A stretch of DNA of 64,000 nt from positions 71,940 through 135,939 of the forward strand of contig JBBIPC010000005.1 of NCBI GenBank assembly GCA_037443035.1, written 5' to 3'. This DNA is from Chthonomonadales bacterium. GTDB lineage: Bacteria > Armatimonadota > Chthonomonadetes > Chthonomonadales > CAJBBX01. The position numbers and the translations under genes are program-made. Each line of letters begins with the position of its first letter. Within the stretch, counting starts at the first letter, position 1. This document shows, piece by piece, positions 37,297 to 47,263 of this stretch. A model generated the notes under the pieces. The model saw only the letters and a list, made by a program, of their open reading frames with translations, was not told the DNA's origin and did no database searches.

Positions 37297-38199
37297 CTAC
37301 ATCTTCTCCAACAACGCCTCGATCCGCTGGATGCACGATTCCTCGAGATCTCGAGCCCAAGCAAGATGCTCGACCTTGTCCTGCACGGGCACCTCGGATG
37401 GCGCGCAGCGGCGCAGTAGCTCACCGATTTCCTTGTAACCGGCGCTCAGGGTGCGGGCCTGGCTGGCCGAAGGAAGCATTTCCTCGATTTCGCGGAAGTA
37501 AGCCCCCGCCTGTGATCGGCATTCCGACCAGACCATGGCGTTCCACCACGCGCCGTGGTGCGCTCCATGCCCGTTCTGAACCGCCTCGATCCACCAGTCA
37601 TAGGCTGCCGACCCCATGGCATAGGCGTCGTCCGCACCGGGCAGCGCACGCCAGACCTCCACTGCATATCGGAGGCTACCGAGGACGGCTTCGGTCCGGT
37701 CGGCGGGCTGGCACTCGTCGAGGATCGTAAGCTCCATGTGGATCTCGCTGCCGAGCTCCTGCCACGCTCCGTACGTGAGCCGCGCCGGCGGGTAGTCCAT
37801 CTCCGGCCACGGCTGGGCTGTGAACAACCCCTCGTCGTCGTAGCCAGTTATGAGCTGGTGCTCCATATTGAGCAGACTGCAGGGTGTACCTTCGTCAAGC
37901 GCGCTGCGGATCGCCTGTTCTGCGGATGCGCGCTCCGCCGTGCTACTGCCTGCATGGAAAAAACCGAGCGAGACAGGGCGGATACCCAGGTTCGCGAGGA
38001 GCTGTTCCACGCGCCGCCGGTCCCAGACGTACGGCCCACTGGGACACAGCTCCTTGTGAATGTTGAGGACGAACGCATGTCCGCTCGCCCCGAAGAGGAA
38101 CGCGTCAGAAACGTTGGCGCCGTAGTAGTTCAGCGCGCCTCTCATGACGCCCATCATCGTCGTGCAGAATGGGGCCTGCACGAGCCCCTCGATATGCAC
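37297..38199 (-). CDS. Hypothetical protein (BtrH N-terminal/papain-like fold possible)
   Basis: CTTMMG...FGASGHAF...EHQLITGYDDEG; GTG start after a purine-rich RBS. Confidence 0.6.
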   Translation of the reverse strand: MHIEGLVQAPFCTTMMGVMRGALNYYGANVSDAFLFGASGHAFVLNIHKELCPSGPYVWDRRRVEQLLANLGIRPVSLGFFHAGSSTAERASAEQAIRSALDEGTPCSLLNMEHQLITGYDDEGLFTAQPWPEMDYPPARLTYGAWQELGSEIHMELTILDECQPADRTEAVLGSLRYAVEVWRALPGADDAYAMGSAAYDWWIEAVQNGHGAHHGAWWNAMVWSECRSQAGAYFREIEEMLPSASQARTLSAGYKEIGELLRRCAPSEVPVQDKVEHLAWARDLEESCIQRIEALLEKM

Positions 38200-38347
38200 A
38201 CTAGACTCCCTTCCTCCGCGTCCGGCGGAGACATGCCGTATCTTCTTGACAGGCGACCTCTTGTCCTGCGAAGACCCGCTTCGCGTGTCGGATGTGTCGT
38301 CGGGAGGTGCCTGGCCGCCTAGACGTGAAGGTACTATCTGCATACCC

Positions 38348-39610
38348 GTGAAGCCCCTGACCCGTTTCGGACTCTTTGGCATCAGCGTCTACTGGCTCGC
38401 AGTGAACCTGCATTGGAGTGCACTGCTGGTCGCCATCGTTCCACACCAAGTGGCGGTCATGCATCCCACGGGCCATGGTCTGATTCTGAGCTTCATTCTG
38501 GGCGCTGGCGCCCTAGTCGCGCTGGTCATGCCGCCGGTCGTGGGGGCGTACTCGGACCACTGCGCCCATCCCATGGGACGACGACGGCCCTACATGCTCG
38601 CCGGTACGGCGTCGAACCTGCTAGGGTTGGCCCTGTTGTGTTGGGCAGGCGAAAACCACATGCTCGGCCTCTATCTCGCTGGCTACATGGTAGTGCAGTT
38701 CGGCAGCAACCTTGCAACCGCAGCCTACAGCGGCGTGATACCAGACATCGTCCCCCCTGACCAGCGCGGAGCCGCCAGTGGATGGATGGCAGCCATGACG
38801 CAGATGGGGAACATCCTCGGAGCGCTGGGTGGCGGCGTGCTCATCCAGCGCGGCCATGCTCTCGCCGCCTATGGCATTATCGGTGGAATGCTCGTGCTCC
38901 TCCTTACGATCACGGTGGTGACAACACGGGAAACGGCCCTCAGTAAGCCCACGGAGAAGCCCACCCTCGGCGCGATTATCAAGAGCTTGTGGATAGACCC
39001 GCGCCACTATCCAGACTTCGCGTGGGTGTGGTTCACGCGATTCCTGTTCACGGCCGGAATGTGGATGGTCCAGCCATTCATCCAGTATTACCTGCGAGAC
39101 GTCATCGGCTCGCCGAAGCCAGCGGAAGATGCCGGGCGGATCATCGGAGTGGCGCTAGTAGGCGCTACGGTGACGGGCCTTATCGGTGGAAGCGTCTCCG
39201 ATCGGCTGGGACGCAAGCGTGTGGTGTATGCCGCCAATGGTCTTATGGCGGTCGTCGCACTCGCTTTCATGGTAGTCCGCTCCATGGAGGCCGTCTACGT
39301 GACAGCTGTGGTCTACGGCCTGGCGTTCGGCGCCTATTACAGTGTGGACTGGGCGCTTGGATGCGATGTACTACCGCGCAAAGAGGAAGCCGGGAAGGAT
39401 ATGGGAGTTTGGCACATCTCCATGGTGCTCCCCCAATCGCTGGCGCCATTCTTGAGCGGCTTGCTCCTTACCCTAGGAGGCTCCAGCACGAGTCCAGCGT
39501 GGCCCGAACCGCACTATGCCTTGCAGGGTTACGTGTATCTCTTTGTGGCGGCCTCCTTCTTGCTGGCGCTGAGCGCCGTGCTGCTGAAAAACGTGAGAGG
39601 CGTGCGGTAG
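38348..39610 (+). CDS. MFS transporter (GPH/SLC45-like)
   Basis: GAYSDH...GRRRPY, GSVSDRLGRKR; about 12 TMs. Confidence 0.9.
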   Translation: MKPLTRFGLFGISVYWLAVNLHWSALLVAIVPHQVAVMHPTGHGLILSFILGAGALVALVMPPVVGAYSDHCAHPMGRRRPYMLAGTASNLLGLALLCWAGENHMLGLYLAGYMVVQFGSNLATAAYSGVIPDIVPPDQRGAASGWMAAMTQMGNILGALGGGVLIQRGHALAAYGIIGGMLVLLLTITVVTTRETALSKPTEKPTLGAIIKSLWIDPRHYPDFAWVWFTRFLFTAGMWMVQPFIQYYLRDVIGSPKPAEDAGRIIGVALVGATVTGLIGGSVSDRLGRKRVVYAANGLMAVVALAFMVVRSMEAVYVTAVVYGLAFGAYYSVDWALGCDVLPRKEEAGKDMGVWHISMVLPQSLAPFLSGLLLTLGGSSTSPAWPEPHYALQGYVYLFVAASFLLALSAVLLKNVRGVR

Positions 39611-39696
39611 ATCGCGGGAGGACGGCGACACCCGCGGCGAGAAGTCAATCAGTGCAGTATCGCACCCATGCGAATGCAGGAGGTCGTCCCTGCGCA

Positions 39697-42600
39697 ATGT
39701 ATGTTCTCCCGCTCCTCTATGTCCTTATCCAGCTTCCGGCATCTTGCTCGGCCCAGGGCGCGCTACCGCCAGAGAAGATTCGCATCGTAGGGGGAAGTGT
39801 CGCTGCAGCCATAGGTACGGCGACTGGCACCGTTCGGACGCTGGCCGACTCCCACTACGGAGTGACGCTGACTGCGGCCAGCAGCGGTGAAGCGTTCCGG
39901 CTCATCCTGAGGGATTCTGAACGCGCGATCCACATCATTCGCAGCAGCGGTCAGGCCCCACCGTCGTGGGCGACAACCTCCACGCAGGCCACGGCGAGCT
40001 GGGCCGGCCCTCTGCGCGATGATCATGGCAACCTGCACGACATCGGTGTGAGGGTGACGTACGCCGTGGTTCGCACTCTCACTGGGGGTAGCGAGTTGCG
40101 GATCTGGCTCTCGCTGAACAATCGTTCGCAGTGCACCGTCCTCGAGGTGTGGATGCCGACGGTCGGGGGGTTAGCGGATCTCGGTGGCGAGGTAGTAGGC
40201 TCCAATCCTGCCAACCGCCGCGCTCTCCGGTTGCCCTTTGGCGACTGGGCGCCCCACTATCCTGGTGCCATCCCCATGGGATTCGTGGACATTGGCGGCC
40301 CTACCGGCCTGTACTTCGGGGCGCAGGAGACGCTGGCTCGCATCAAGCTCCTGCGAGTCATGGAGTTGGACGGAGACATCGCTGCCCGCATTACGCACTT
40401 GCCCTTCCTGCAGCCTCGCGGACGGTTCCGGAGCTGTGCGGCCGTATGTCGGTTCCACCGTGGTGGCTTCGAGGAGGCCGGGCGGATCTATCGCCGATGG
40501 TTCCTCCGCACGTTCGGCATGAAGGACCCACGCAAGGACTGGCTGCGGAGGCAGTCGTTTTTCCAGATGACGATGATCATGCTGCCGGAGGGCAACATCC
40601 GGTACCGCATTCGCGACATTCCTCGCCTGGCGGCCGATGCAAAGAAGTATGGCGTCACCGCCATCCAGATCGCCGGCTGGCAACGGGGCGGCCATGACAA
40701 CGGTTACCCCTACTACGAGCCAGATCCCAGGCTGGGCACATGGGAGGACTTGCGCAAAGCCATCGCCGAGTGCCATCGGATGGGCGTTCGTGTCTTCTTC
40801 TTCGTGAACCTGCAGGTGGCCATGCTGGACCTGAACTGGTACAAGCGGGAACTGCGAGGTTACGAGATGGAGAGCGAGAACGGTGATCCCTTCTGGGTTG
40901 CCGGATGGGGTATGGGTACGCTGGCCTCGCGCATGGGGCTCACGACTCCAATGATGGCCTTCCTCGATCCTGCCTTCCCACGCTACTCAGAGGCCTTGCT
41001 TCACTATTATCGCAAGCTCGCCAGCATCGGTGCCGATGGTGTCCACGTCGACAAGATGTTTCCCCAGGCTGTTACGGCGAATCCCATGGCCCCCATGCCG
41101 GCCGACACGAGCACCTGGGAAGGCGCCATACGCTTCCTGAAGCGCATGGACAGAGAGTGCCGAGCCATCAACCCCCAGTGGCGCGTCTCCAACGAATGCG
41201 CGTGGGACCGCGTGCTCCAGGTAGGCACCACCACGTGGTGGGCAGGGAACATGACGGCGGTGAAGGCCGTTTTCCCTGAGACTGCCGAGACGGTAGGTCT
41301 ATACCAGCCCTACGACTTCGCCGGCGTGAACGATGCCGTCCGGGAAGGCTGGGCTGTCATGGTCGCCCCCTATCACTTCCAGCGCTCCATGGATGAACCA
41401 GCCTGGAGAGGACTGGCACGTTACATCCGGGATGTCAAAGCAATACGGGACAGGCTCGCTGACGCCGTGTTTCTCGGAGAGCGCGCCCGCACCGAGGAAG
41501 TCACGCTGCAGGCGACCGGCGGTCGGGCACAATGGTCCGTCTTCCGGAATCCTGCAAGCGGCAGGCGCGTCTGTGTTGTCACGAACAACAGCATCGAGCG
41601 GGCGACCTGCGTGCTGTCCGGATGGTCGGGTAGTCGTGCCGGTGCCGTGAGGGTTCACATCCCTGGCAAGTCACCCGTACTTCTCGCACTACCTGCCACC
41701 GTCGAGGTTGCAGAGGAGCGGCTGATCTTCTTCGAGGAACTCCCTGCCAGCGTGCCCGCACCGAAGGTGCATGTCATACGTTTGCCACGCGACAAGGACC
41801 CGTTGCCGGGCGTGCGCCGTCCCTTTGCCAACGCCGACTTCGAAGGTGGCACGTTGGACGGTTGGAAAGCTGATGCGAACTGGACGGTGGATGACAACAG
41901 CGCGGGTGGGTGGTACAGCGGGTGGCAGGGTCGGAAGTTCGCCTGGAGCGGCAGAGGTGGTGAACCGCGGACAGGCAGACTCCGCTCGCCAATCTTCGCC
42001 CTCGACGCCGAGGGTGTTCAGGTGAGCATCGCCGGATGGGCTGACATCAGCGGCCGCACGCCCAATCGGTGGAACTATGTGACGCTGAACCTGGAGACTG
42101 GGCAAGAGCTGGACCGGGCCTATGCGCCCAACACAACACAGTTCCAACCGGTCATTCTCATGGGTCCGGGTCACCGCGGGAAACGGGTCTATCTCGAAGC
42201 AGTGGACGACGGCACGGAGGAGACCTACTCCATGATCTGCATTGACGATGTCCGGCTCTGGGATCCTCCAAGAGAACAAAGCCCCAAAGTGGCACCGGCC
42301 CCGAACACCATCGTGCTCGAGAACGGCCGCTACCGGCTCGAGATAGGGCGTGCCAACGGCACCATTGTCCGGCTCCGGGACAAAGTCAACGGCGAGGAGG
42401 TCATTCGCGAGCCTCGCCTGGCCGACAACTGGCGCATCAGCCTGCCGATGCGGGACGCGGTATCCCGTGGTACACAGCCACGAAAGAGCGCATGGGAGCG
42501 TCGCTGGCCAGAAGCATGGCGGAATCATGACGGCAACTACGTCCAGGGGAGGATCCAGAGGCTCACGCACGTCAGCCGGACGGCCGACGGGCTACGTCTG

Positions 42601-43911
42601 CGATGGGGCCCACCTCTCCGTGCAGAGGACGGAGCCAAGTATCCGGTCACAGTCACAATGCATATTCGCCTGGTCGGCGACACGCTGCGGTTCGAGACTA
42701 CGGTAACGAACAAGAGCACCTACGAGCTGGGCGAGGTGTATGCACCCATTCTTGGCGGTCTTCAGGGGCTTGGTGCTTACGCTGAGCTGCGAAAGAACAC
42801 CGAAGTCGTGTTGCCCCAGAATGGCGGCCTGACCAGCTCGCGTCCGTTCCACTCCTTCGCTAGCCAATCGTGGCTGGGTATCTTCGGGCCCGAGCGTTAC
42901 GCGGTCTATCCCTCGTCGCTCGATGCACCGTGGATTGCGCTGAGCCAACGTCAGGGGCGACGCCTTCTCTACTTCGGAGCGCATGACCCTGTAGCACGGC
43001 TGAAGGTCTTTCACCTAGAGCAAGTGCCAGGTGTCTCCGGTGCACGGCCGTCCGGCAACTGGCCTCGGCCCGAGGAGCTGCGAGGCCGCCCAGCGGGCGT
43101 TCGCATGGCCTGGGTCCACATTCCTTACGAGTCTCCGGGCAAGACCTTCCAGGCCGGTCCGGTCATCGTGCAGGCGATGACAGGAGAGCCGAGCGACGCT
43201 GCACGCGTCTACACTAGCTGGTTTCGATCCAGGGTCCGTGCACCCGTAGCCACGCTGCCAGGGACCTCGCGTCAGGTTGGTCGTAGCTCGTTCAGAGAGA
43301 TAGAGTCCCTGGCTCAGGAGGCAGCGAGAACGGGAGAGGGCGCATTGACGCTAACGGCATGGAAACGGGGATCGCCCGGCGATGGCGTGCCGCTGCTGGA
43401 GCCAGATCCAGGTCTTGGAGGCTGGGCAGGGTTACGCAGTGCAGCGAACATCTGCCGTCGGAGGAGAGTGCGGCTGATCCTCCAGGTCACGATGAACCCC
43501 GTCTCGCGGCGCTCGGAGCTCTTCCGGACCACGCTCTATCGTTTCCAATGCGTGGATCGGTGGGGCGTGCCCCAGACAGTCATGGGATGGTCCGAGCCAC
43601 GCTGTACTGCCGAGGTGTTCTCTGGTGGTGAGCGTCGTGGCTATGTCAACACTGGCCATCCGGGATTTCGCGCGTGGTTCGTTCGACAGGTCGAACGACT
43701 CGCCGAAGCGGGAATCTCAGGCATTCACCTGCAGGGGTTCTTCCCCACGCTGCTGGATTTCAATCCCACGGTGGGTTCCACACCCGACAAATCCCTTTGG
43801 GAAGGTGCGTTGGCGACCATCGAAGCGGCCGGCCGAGCGGCTCGGAGGCATGTGCCCGACTTCAGCATAACGGTTGAAGAACGCCGGGATTACACCATGC
43901 CCTTGGAGTAG
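39697..43911 (+). CDS. Large secreted protein with duplicated glycoside-hydrolase-like (DUF6259-like) modules
   Basis: GGAGG then MYVLPLL; GWQRGGHDNGYPYYEPDPRLG module recurs as AWKRGSPGDGVPLLEPDPGLG; central NADFEGG CBM-like segment. Confidence 0.75.
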   Translation: MYVLPLLYVLIQLPASCSAQGALPPEKIRIVGGSVAAAIGTATGTVRTLADSHYGVTLTAASSGEAFRLILRDSERAIHIIRSSGQAPPSWATTSTQATASWAGPLRDDHGNLHDIGVRVTYAVVRTLTGGSELRIWLSLNNRSQCTVLEVWMPTVGGLADLGGEVVGSNPANRRALRLPFGDWAPHYPGAIPMGFVDIGGPTGLYFGAQETLARIKLLRVMELDGDIAARITHLPFLQPRGRFRSCAAVCRFHRGGFEEAGRIYRRWFLRTFGMKDPRKDWLRRQSFFQMTMIMLPEGNIRYRIRDIPRLAADAKKYGVTAIQIAGWQRGGHDNGYPYYEPDPRLGTWEDLRKAIAECHRMGVRVFFFVNLQVAMLDLNWYKRELRGYEMESENGDPFWVAGWGMGTLASRMGLTTPMMAFLDPAFPRYSEALLHYYRKLASIGADGVHVDKMFPQAVTANPMAPMPADTSTWEGAIRFLKRMDRECRAINPQWRVSNECAWDRVLQVGTTTWWAGNMTAVKAVFPETAETVGLYQPYDFAGVNDAVREGWAVMVAPYHFQRSMDEPAWRGLARYIRDVKAIRDRLADAVFLGERARTEEVTLQATGGRAQWSVFRNPASGRRVCVVTNNSIERATCVLSGWSGSRAGAVRVHIPGKSPVLLALPATVEVAEERLIFFEELPASVPAPKVHVIRLPRDKDPLPGVRRPFANADFEGGTLDGWKADANWTVDDNSAGGWYSGWQGRKFAWSGRGGEPRTGRLRSPIFALDAEGVQVSIAGWADISGRTPNRWNYVTLNLETGQELDRAYAPNTTQFQPVILMGPGHRGKRVYLEAVDDGTEETYSMICIDDVRLWDPPREQSPKVAPAPNTIVLENGRYRLEIGRANGTIVRLRDKVNGEEVIREPRLADNWRISLPMRDAVSRGTQPRKSAWERRWPEAWRNHDGNYVQGRIQRLTHVSRTADGLRLRWGPPLRAEDGAKYPVTVTMHIRLVGDTLRFETTVTNKSTYELGEVYAPILGGLQGLGAYAELRKNTEVVLPQNGGLTSSRPFHSFASQSWLGIFGPERYAVYPSSLDAPWIALSQRQGRRLLYFGAHDPVARLKVFHLEQVPGVSGARPSGNWPRPEELRGRPAGVRMAWVHIPYESPGKTFQAGPVIVQAMTGEPSDAARVYTSWFRSRVRAPVATLPGTSRQVGRSSFREIESLAQEAARTGEGALTLTAWKRGSPGDGVPLLEPDPGLGGWAGLRSAANICRRRRVRLILQVTMNPVSRRSELFRTTLYRFQCVDRWGVPQTVMGWSEPRCTAEVFSGGERRGYVNTGHPGFRAWFVRQVERLAEAGISGIHLQGFFPTLLDFNPTVGSTPDKSLWEGALATIEAAGRAARRHVPDFSITVEERRDYTMPLE

Positions 43912-43976
43912 ACTGCGCTACAACCTTCAGCCTGCGCTCCCTCATTCTTTACAGTAGCGGCACGGCAGGGAACTGT

Positions 43977-46298
43977 CTACCCACCGGCCAGAAGAGCTGA
44001 CGCCCGGTCCCGGAGGGAAGCCTCCGTGGCGAGGACTTGGACTCGGGCGAGGATGTCTTTGATCCGCGCAGAGCCTCGCTTCTCCGCTGGCAGTTTTTCG
44101 GCAATGGTCAGGATGGCCTCGGACGCCTCGCTCGCGACTTCAGGAGTATCCAAGAACGCGGATGCCATTTCCAGAGCCTCCGGCAAGGTGATGCTGGACA
44201 GCGAACCTAGAAGGATGCGCTCCTCGTCGCGTCGCGTAACGAGCGGGAGGACGTCGCGACATATCCGCAGACGCTGATCGGCAGGGATATCGGCATTGCC
44301 TGCGATGCGGAGCGCGCCACGAAGAGATCGCAGGCGCACCGAGGTGTTCGCATCCTCCCGTGCAAGCCGGATCAGGTCGGGTACAGCGTCGAGCGTCGTC
44401 CACTCGCAGAGAAGATCTATGGCAAGCGCATGCAATGTCTCATCGAGTGCGGCAATGGCCTCGCGAACGACAGCGAGCGCCTTGGGGCCACCTGCAACCG
44501 CAAGCGCACGTAGCAGCGTACCTCTCCTGTCTCCGGTCGCGCCCGCAAAGGCTCGAGCTAGCATGTCGGCCGTATGCTCCGCGTCTTTCGATCGCGTGAC
44601 CGCAGCCGTCAGCGACGCTTCGAGAGCGGCCAGGTCCTCGCGACTGTCGCATGTCGGGAGGAGCGTGATAAGGCCAGGCAGGTCTCGACCGTCCACCAGT
44701 CCCTGAAGCGCTTTGAGAGCCGCCACCCGTGCGGTTGCTTCCCCAGATCGAGCCATCTCCAAGAGGCGAGGCTTGAGGCGAATGATCCCCCTCCGCGCGA
44801 CGATCTCCATCCCTATCAGGCGGGCGGCCATGTCGCCAGTGTTCATCAGCGACACTGCAGCGGCCTCGGCATCCATCAACGCCAGGTCGGACAGTGCCTC
44901 GCTCGCCGCCGCGGCTGTCTCTGGCGCTCCGCTACGAACGAGACTGACCAGCACCGCCACAGCCGAAGGATGACGGAGCCTCGCAAGTGCTCTTGTCGCG
45001 GCCTGACGGAGAGCCGGAGAACCAGTCTCGGCAGCGGTCCGCAAGCTTTCCAGAGCGGCGAGGTCTCCCCTATGTCCAAGTGCCTCGGCAAGCAGGGCTG
45101 CGCGGTCCTCTGGAAGGTGAGATAGCTCCGAAGCAAGTAGCCTGGTCACTTCGGAACGTCCCTTCAGCTCATGGGCGGCCGTCCAGAGCGCGGCTCGAAG
45201 GACGCGAGTGGAGCCGTCACGGAGCGACCGTACCAGTAACGGCAGGTCTGGCATAGAGTCGGCGAGGAAGATGCCCTGGAGGGCAGCAGCACGAATGTGC
45301 TCGGGGATGTCGGCCTTGTAGACGGCCCTGTAGAGAGAACCTGCACGAACTCGCTCTTTGCGCGCGATGAGCAGCCGCGCGCATTCGAGGGATGCTTCGG
45401 CCAACTCCGCCCGAGCTTCGGAACGGGCTGTGGCCATTGCCGTCGCCAATACGTCAGCGGCGGCACGCGTGCCGATGCGTCCCAGCGCAGCCGCCGTAGC
45501 ACTACGCACCTGCGGGTCCTGGGACATCAGACGGCGTGCCAGCAGCGGTACCGCCCGGGCATCGCGTCGAACACCGATGCTGTTGATGACCCCCACGAGC
45601 AAAGCACCTTCGAGGTGCTCCAATGCCTCACGGAAGACCGTGTCCACCTCTGGGAAGGGCATAGGCTCCAGCGCATGCCGTGCCATGTGGGCCAGGGCAG
45701 GATCTGCCAGCAGGCTGGCCAGGACGTCCACAGATTTCCTATCCCCGACGACGGCAAGCTCGCGGCATGCCTGAGACTTCTCCGCCACCGATGCGTTCGA
45801 CCGGAGGACCGTGACAAGTTCCGCGCTCGTTCTGGCTCCGATGTTCGTCTCCGCGTATCCAGCTACGTAGACGAAGACCCGGCGCCGATCCGGCTTACCG
45901 TCGAAGTACGCGCAGTCGTCGGTCTCGTTCGGGATAGGGTCAGCGTACAGACCTACGCGGGTTGTGCCAGTACGCTCAGAGACTTCCCAGTAGTAGGTGC
46001 CAGGTTTGAGGGGTCGCGGCAGTCGCAGTTCCACATTGGCATTATCGGGGATGTTCGCGTAGCTCTGACGAGCCAACTGGCGACGTCTGGCCGGGGAGTC
46101 CCACAGGGTGAGCGTCAGCCCGCCATCATTGTCCAACCAGCTCGGGACCGTTACCCTGAGGCGATCCAACGGTCTCTCCACGGTAAACCGCTGACCCAGG
46201 CGCACGTAATCATTCAGAGGCACACCTGTGCGCTGAGCCTCGGCTCTCCCAGAGGCTAGGCTGGCCGACAGGACTATCCCCAGCAAGACGATACGCAT
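43977..46298 (-). CDS. Secreted HEAT-repeat protein
   Basis: Signal peptide; ACRELAVVG, ARHALE, INSIGVRRD, AAALGRIG, RQAATRALARL repeats. Confidence 0.85.
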   Translation of the reverse strand: MRIVLLGIVLSASLASGRAEAQRTGVPLNDYVRLGQRFTVERPLDRLRVTVPSWLDNDGGLTLTLWDSPARRRQLARQSYANIPDNANVELRLPRPLKPGTYYWEVSERTGTTRVGLYADPIPNETDDCAYFDGKPDRRRVFVYVAGYAETNIGARTSAELVTVLRSNASVAEKSQACRELAVVGDRKSVDVLASLLADPALAHMARHALEPMPFPEVDTVFREALEHLEGALLVGVINSIGVRRDARAVPLLARRLMSQDPQVRSATAAALGRIGTRAAADVLATAMATARSEARAELAEASLECARLLIARKERVRAGSLYRAVYKADIPEHIRAAALQGIFLADSMPDLPLLVRSLRDGSTRVLRAALWTAAHELKGRSEVTRLLASELSHLPEDRAALLAEALGHRGDLAALESLRTAAETGSPALRQAATRALARLRHPSAVAVLVSLVRSGAPETAAAASEALSDLALMDAEAAAVSLMNTGDMAARLIGMEIVARRGIIRLKPRLLEMARSGEATARVAALKALQGLVDGRDLPGLITLLPTCDSREDLAALEASLTAAVTRSKDAEHTADMLARAFAGATGDRRGTLLRALAVAGGPKALAVVREAIAALDETLHALAIDLLCEWTTLDAVPDLIRLAREDANTSVRLRSLRGALRIAGNADIPADQRLRICRDVLPLVTRRDEERILLGSLSSITLPEALEMASAFLDTPEVASEASEAILTIAEKLPAEKRGSARIKDILARVQVLATEASLRDRASALLAGG

Positions 46299-46341
46299 GT
46301 ACACTCCGTTACTCCCTGGCTTTCCACGAGACACGCGTGGA

Positions 46342-46878
46342 TCACTTGCCCCCCGACGGCGAGCCCTTTCCATCGCGCATTGGCCGCAGCAGCGGATCCA
46401 GCAGCGGTTCGTCTTCCATCTTCTCGACCGTGAGAACTTCCACCACGAAGGTCAGCGTTGTGTTCGGCGGGATCTTGCCATCTTCCGATCCCCTCGCGCC
46501 ATAGCCCAACGACGGCGGTACGACGATCCTCCGTATGCTCCCCACACGAGCACCGGCAATACCCTTGTCCCACCCTTTCACCGAGAGGCCACCGCCCAGC
46601 AGGAAACGATAGGGTTTCTTCTTATCTCGACTGCTCTCCACCTTCTTGCCGTCCGGCAGGAACAGCTCGAAGTGAACCGTCACCATGTCACCAGGCTCCG
46701 CGATGCGGCCCTTGCCGGGCCGGAGCTCGGTGACTGTGGGCATTTCCTTGTCCTCGTTGGTCTGCGTCGCAGGGGGTGTTGTCTCGTGCGCTTCTTCCTT
46801 GGGCTTGGGCAGCATCATCCCGATCCCCAGAGCGAGCACGACAATGCACGCGACAGTCAAGATGCTCCGAATGGTCAT
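46342..46878 (-). CDS. FKBP-type peptidyl-prolyl cis-trans isomerase, membrane-anchored
   Basis: GDMVTVHF, VKGWDKGI, VPPSLGYG, IPPNTTLTFVVEV. Confidence 0.92.
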   Translation of the reverse strand: MTIRSILTVACIVVLALGIGMMLPKPKEEAHETTPPATQTNEDKEMPTVTELRPGKGRIAEPGDMVTVHFELFLPDGKKVESSRDKKKPYRFLLGGGLSVKGWDKGIAGARVGSIRRIVVPPSLGYGARGSEDGKIPPNTTLTFVVEVLTVEKMEDEPLLDPLLRPMRDGKGSPSGGK

Positions 46879-47053
46879 GGTGCCTCCACTCGATACGCAT
46901 GGTCTCCGGCACGATCGTCGAGCCGGAACAGCATACTGTACCGCACGCGGCAGCACTCGATTACCAGTTGCACGAAGATCCCATGCGCTGATGGCAGACT
47001 CCACACCCGTGGAATGCCATTGCTCCGTCTTCGGCTGCGCATGCCGATGCCAA

Positions 47054-47243
47054 CTGGTGGTTGAGTGACCCCGACAGTCGCGGGGGCGTATCCAAACTAC
47101 GCTACCCCCGTTGTGGATTCGCCCCGGTGGTTTCGGTGCGGCCGGTCTGTCAGTCTCCACAGTTCCTGCGGCGTGGCACTCGCTGGGGATTCGCCCCGGT
47201 GGTTTCGATACGTCCCGATATCTCGGGACTACTCAACCACCAG
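47054..47243. repeat. REP/MITE-like element with terminal inverted repeats and an internal 21-bp direct repeat
   Basis: CTGGTGGTTGAGT...ACTCAACCACCAG ends; GGATTCGCCCCGGTGGTTTCG at 47115-47135 and 47187-47207. Confidence 0.7.
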
Positions 47244-47263
47244 ATATGGTCGTACCGCTAGAT

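Noticed and set aside
38989..39696. 236-aa N-terminal extension of the 1640-aa ORF overlapping the MFS gene
   Set aside because: Shadow frame in GC-rich DNA; RBS and signal peptide point to a start at 39697
47115..47207. Two 21-bp direct repeats as a mini CRISPR array
   Set aside because: Only two copies, short repeat, 51-nt gap, no cas genes or leader; embedded in an inverted-repeat element
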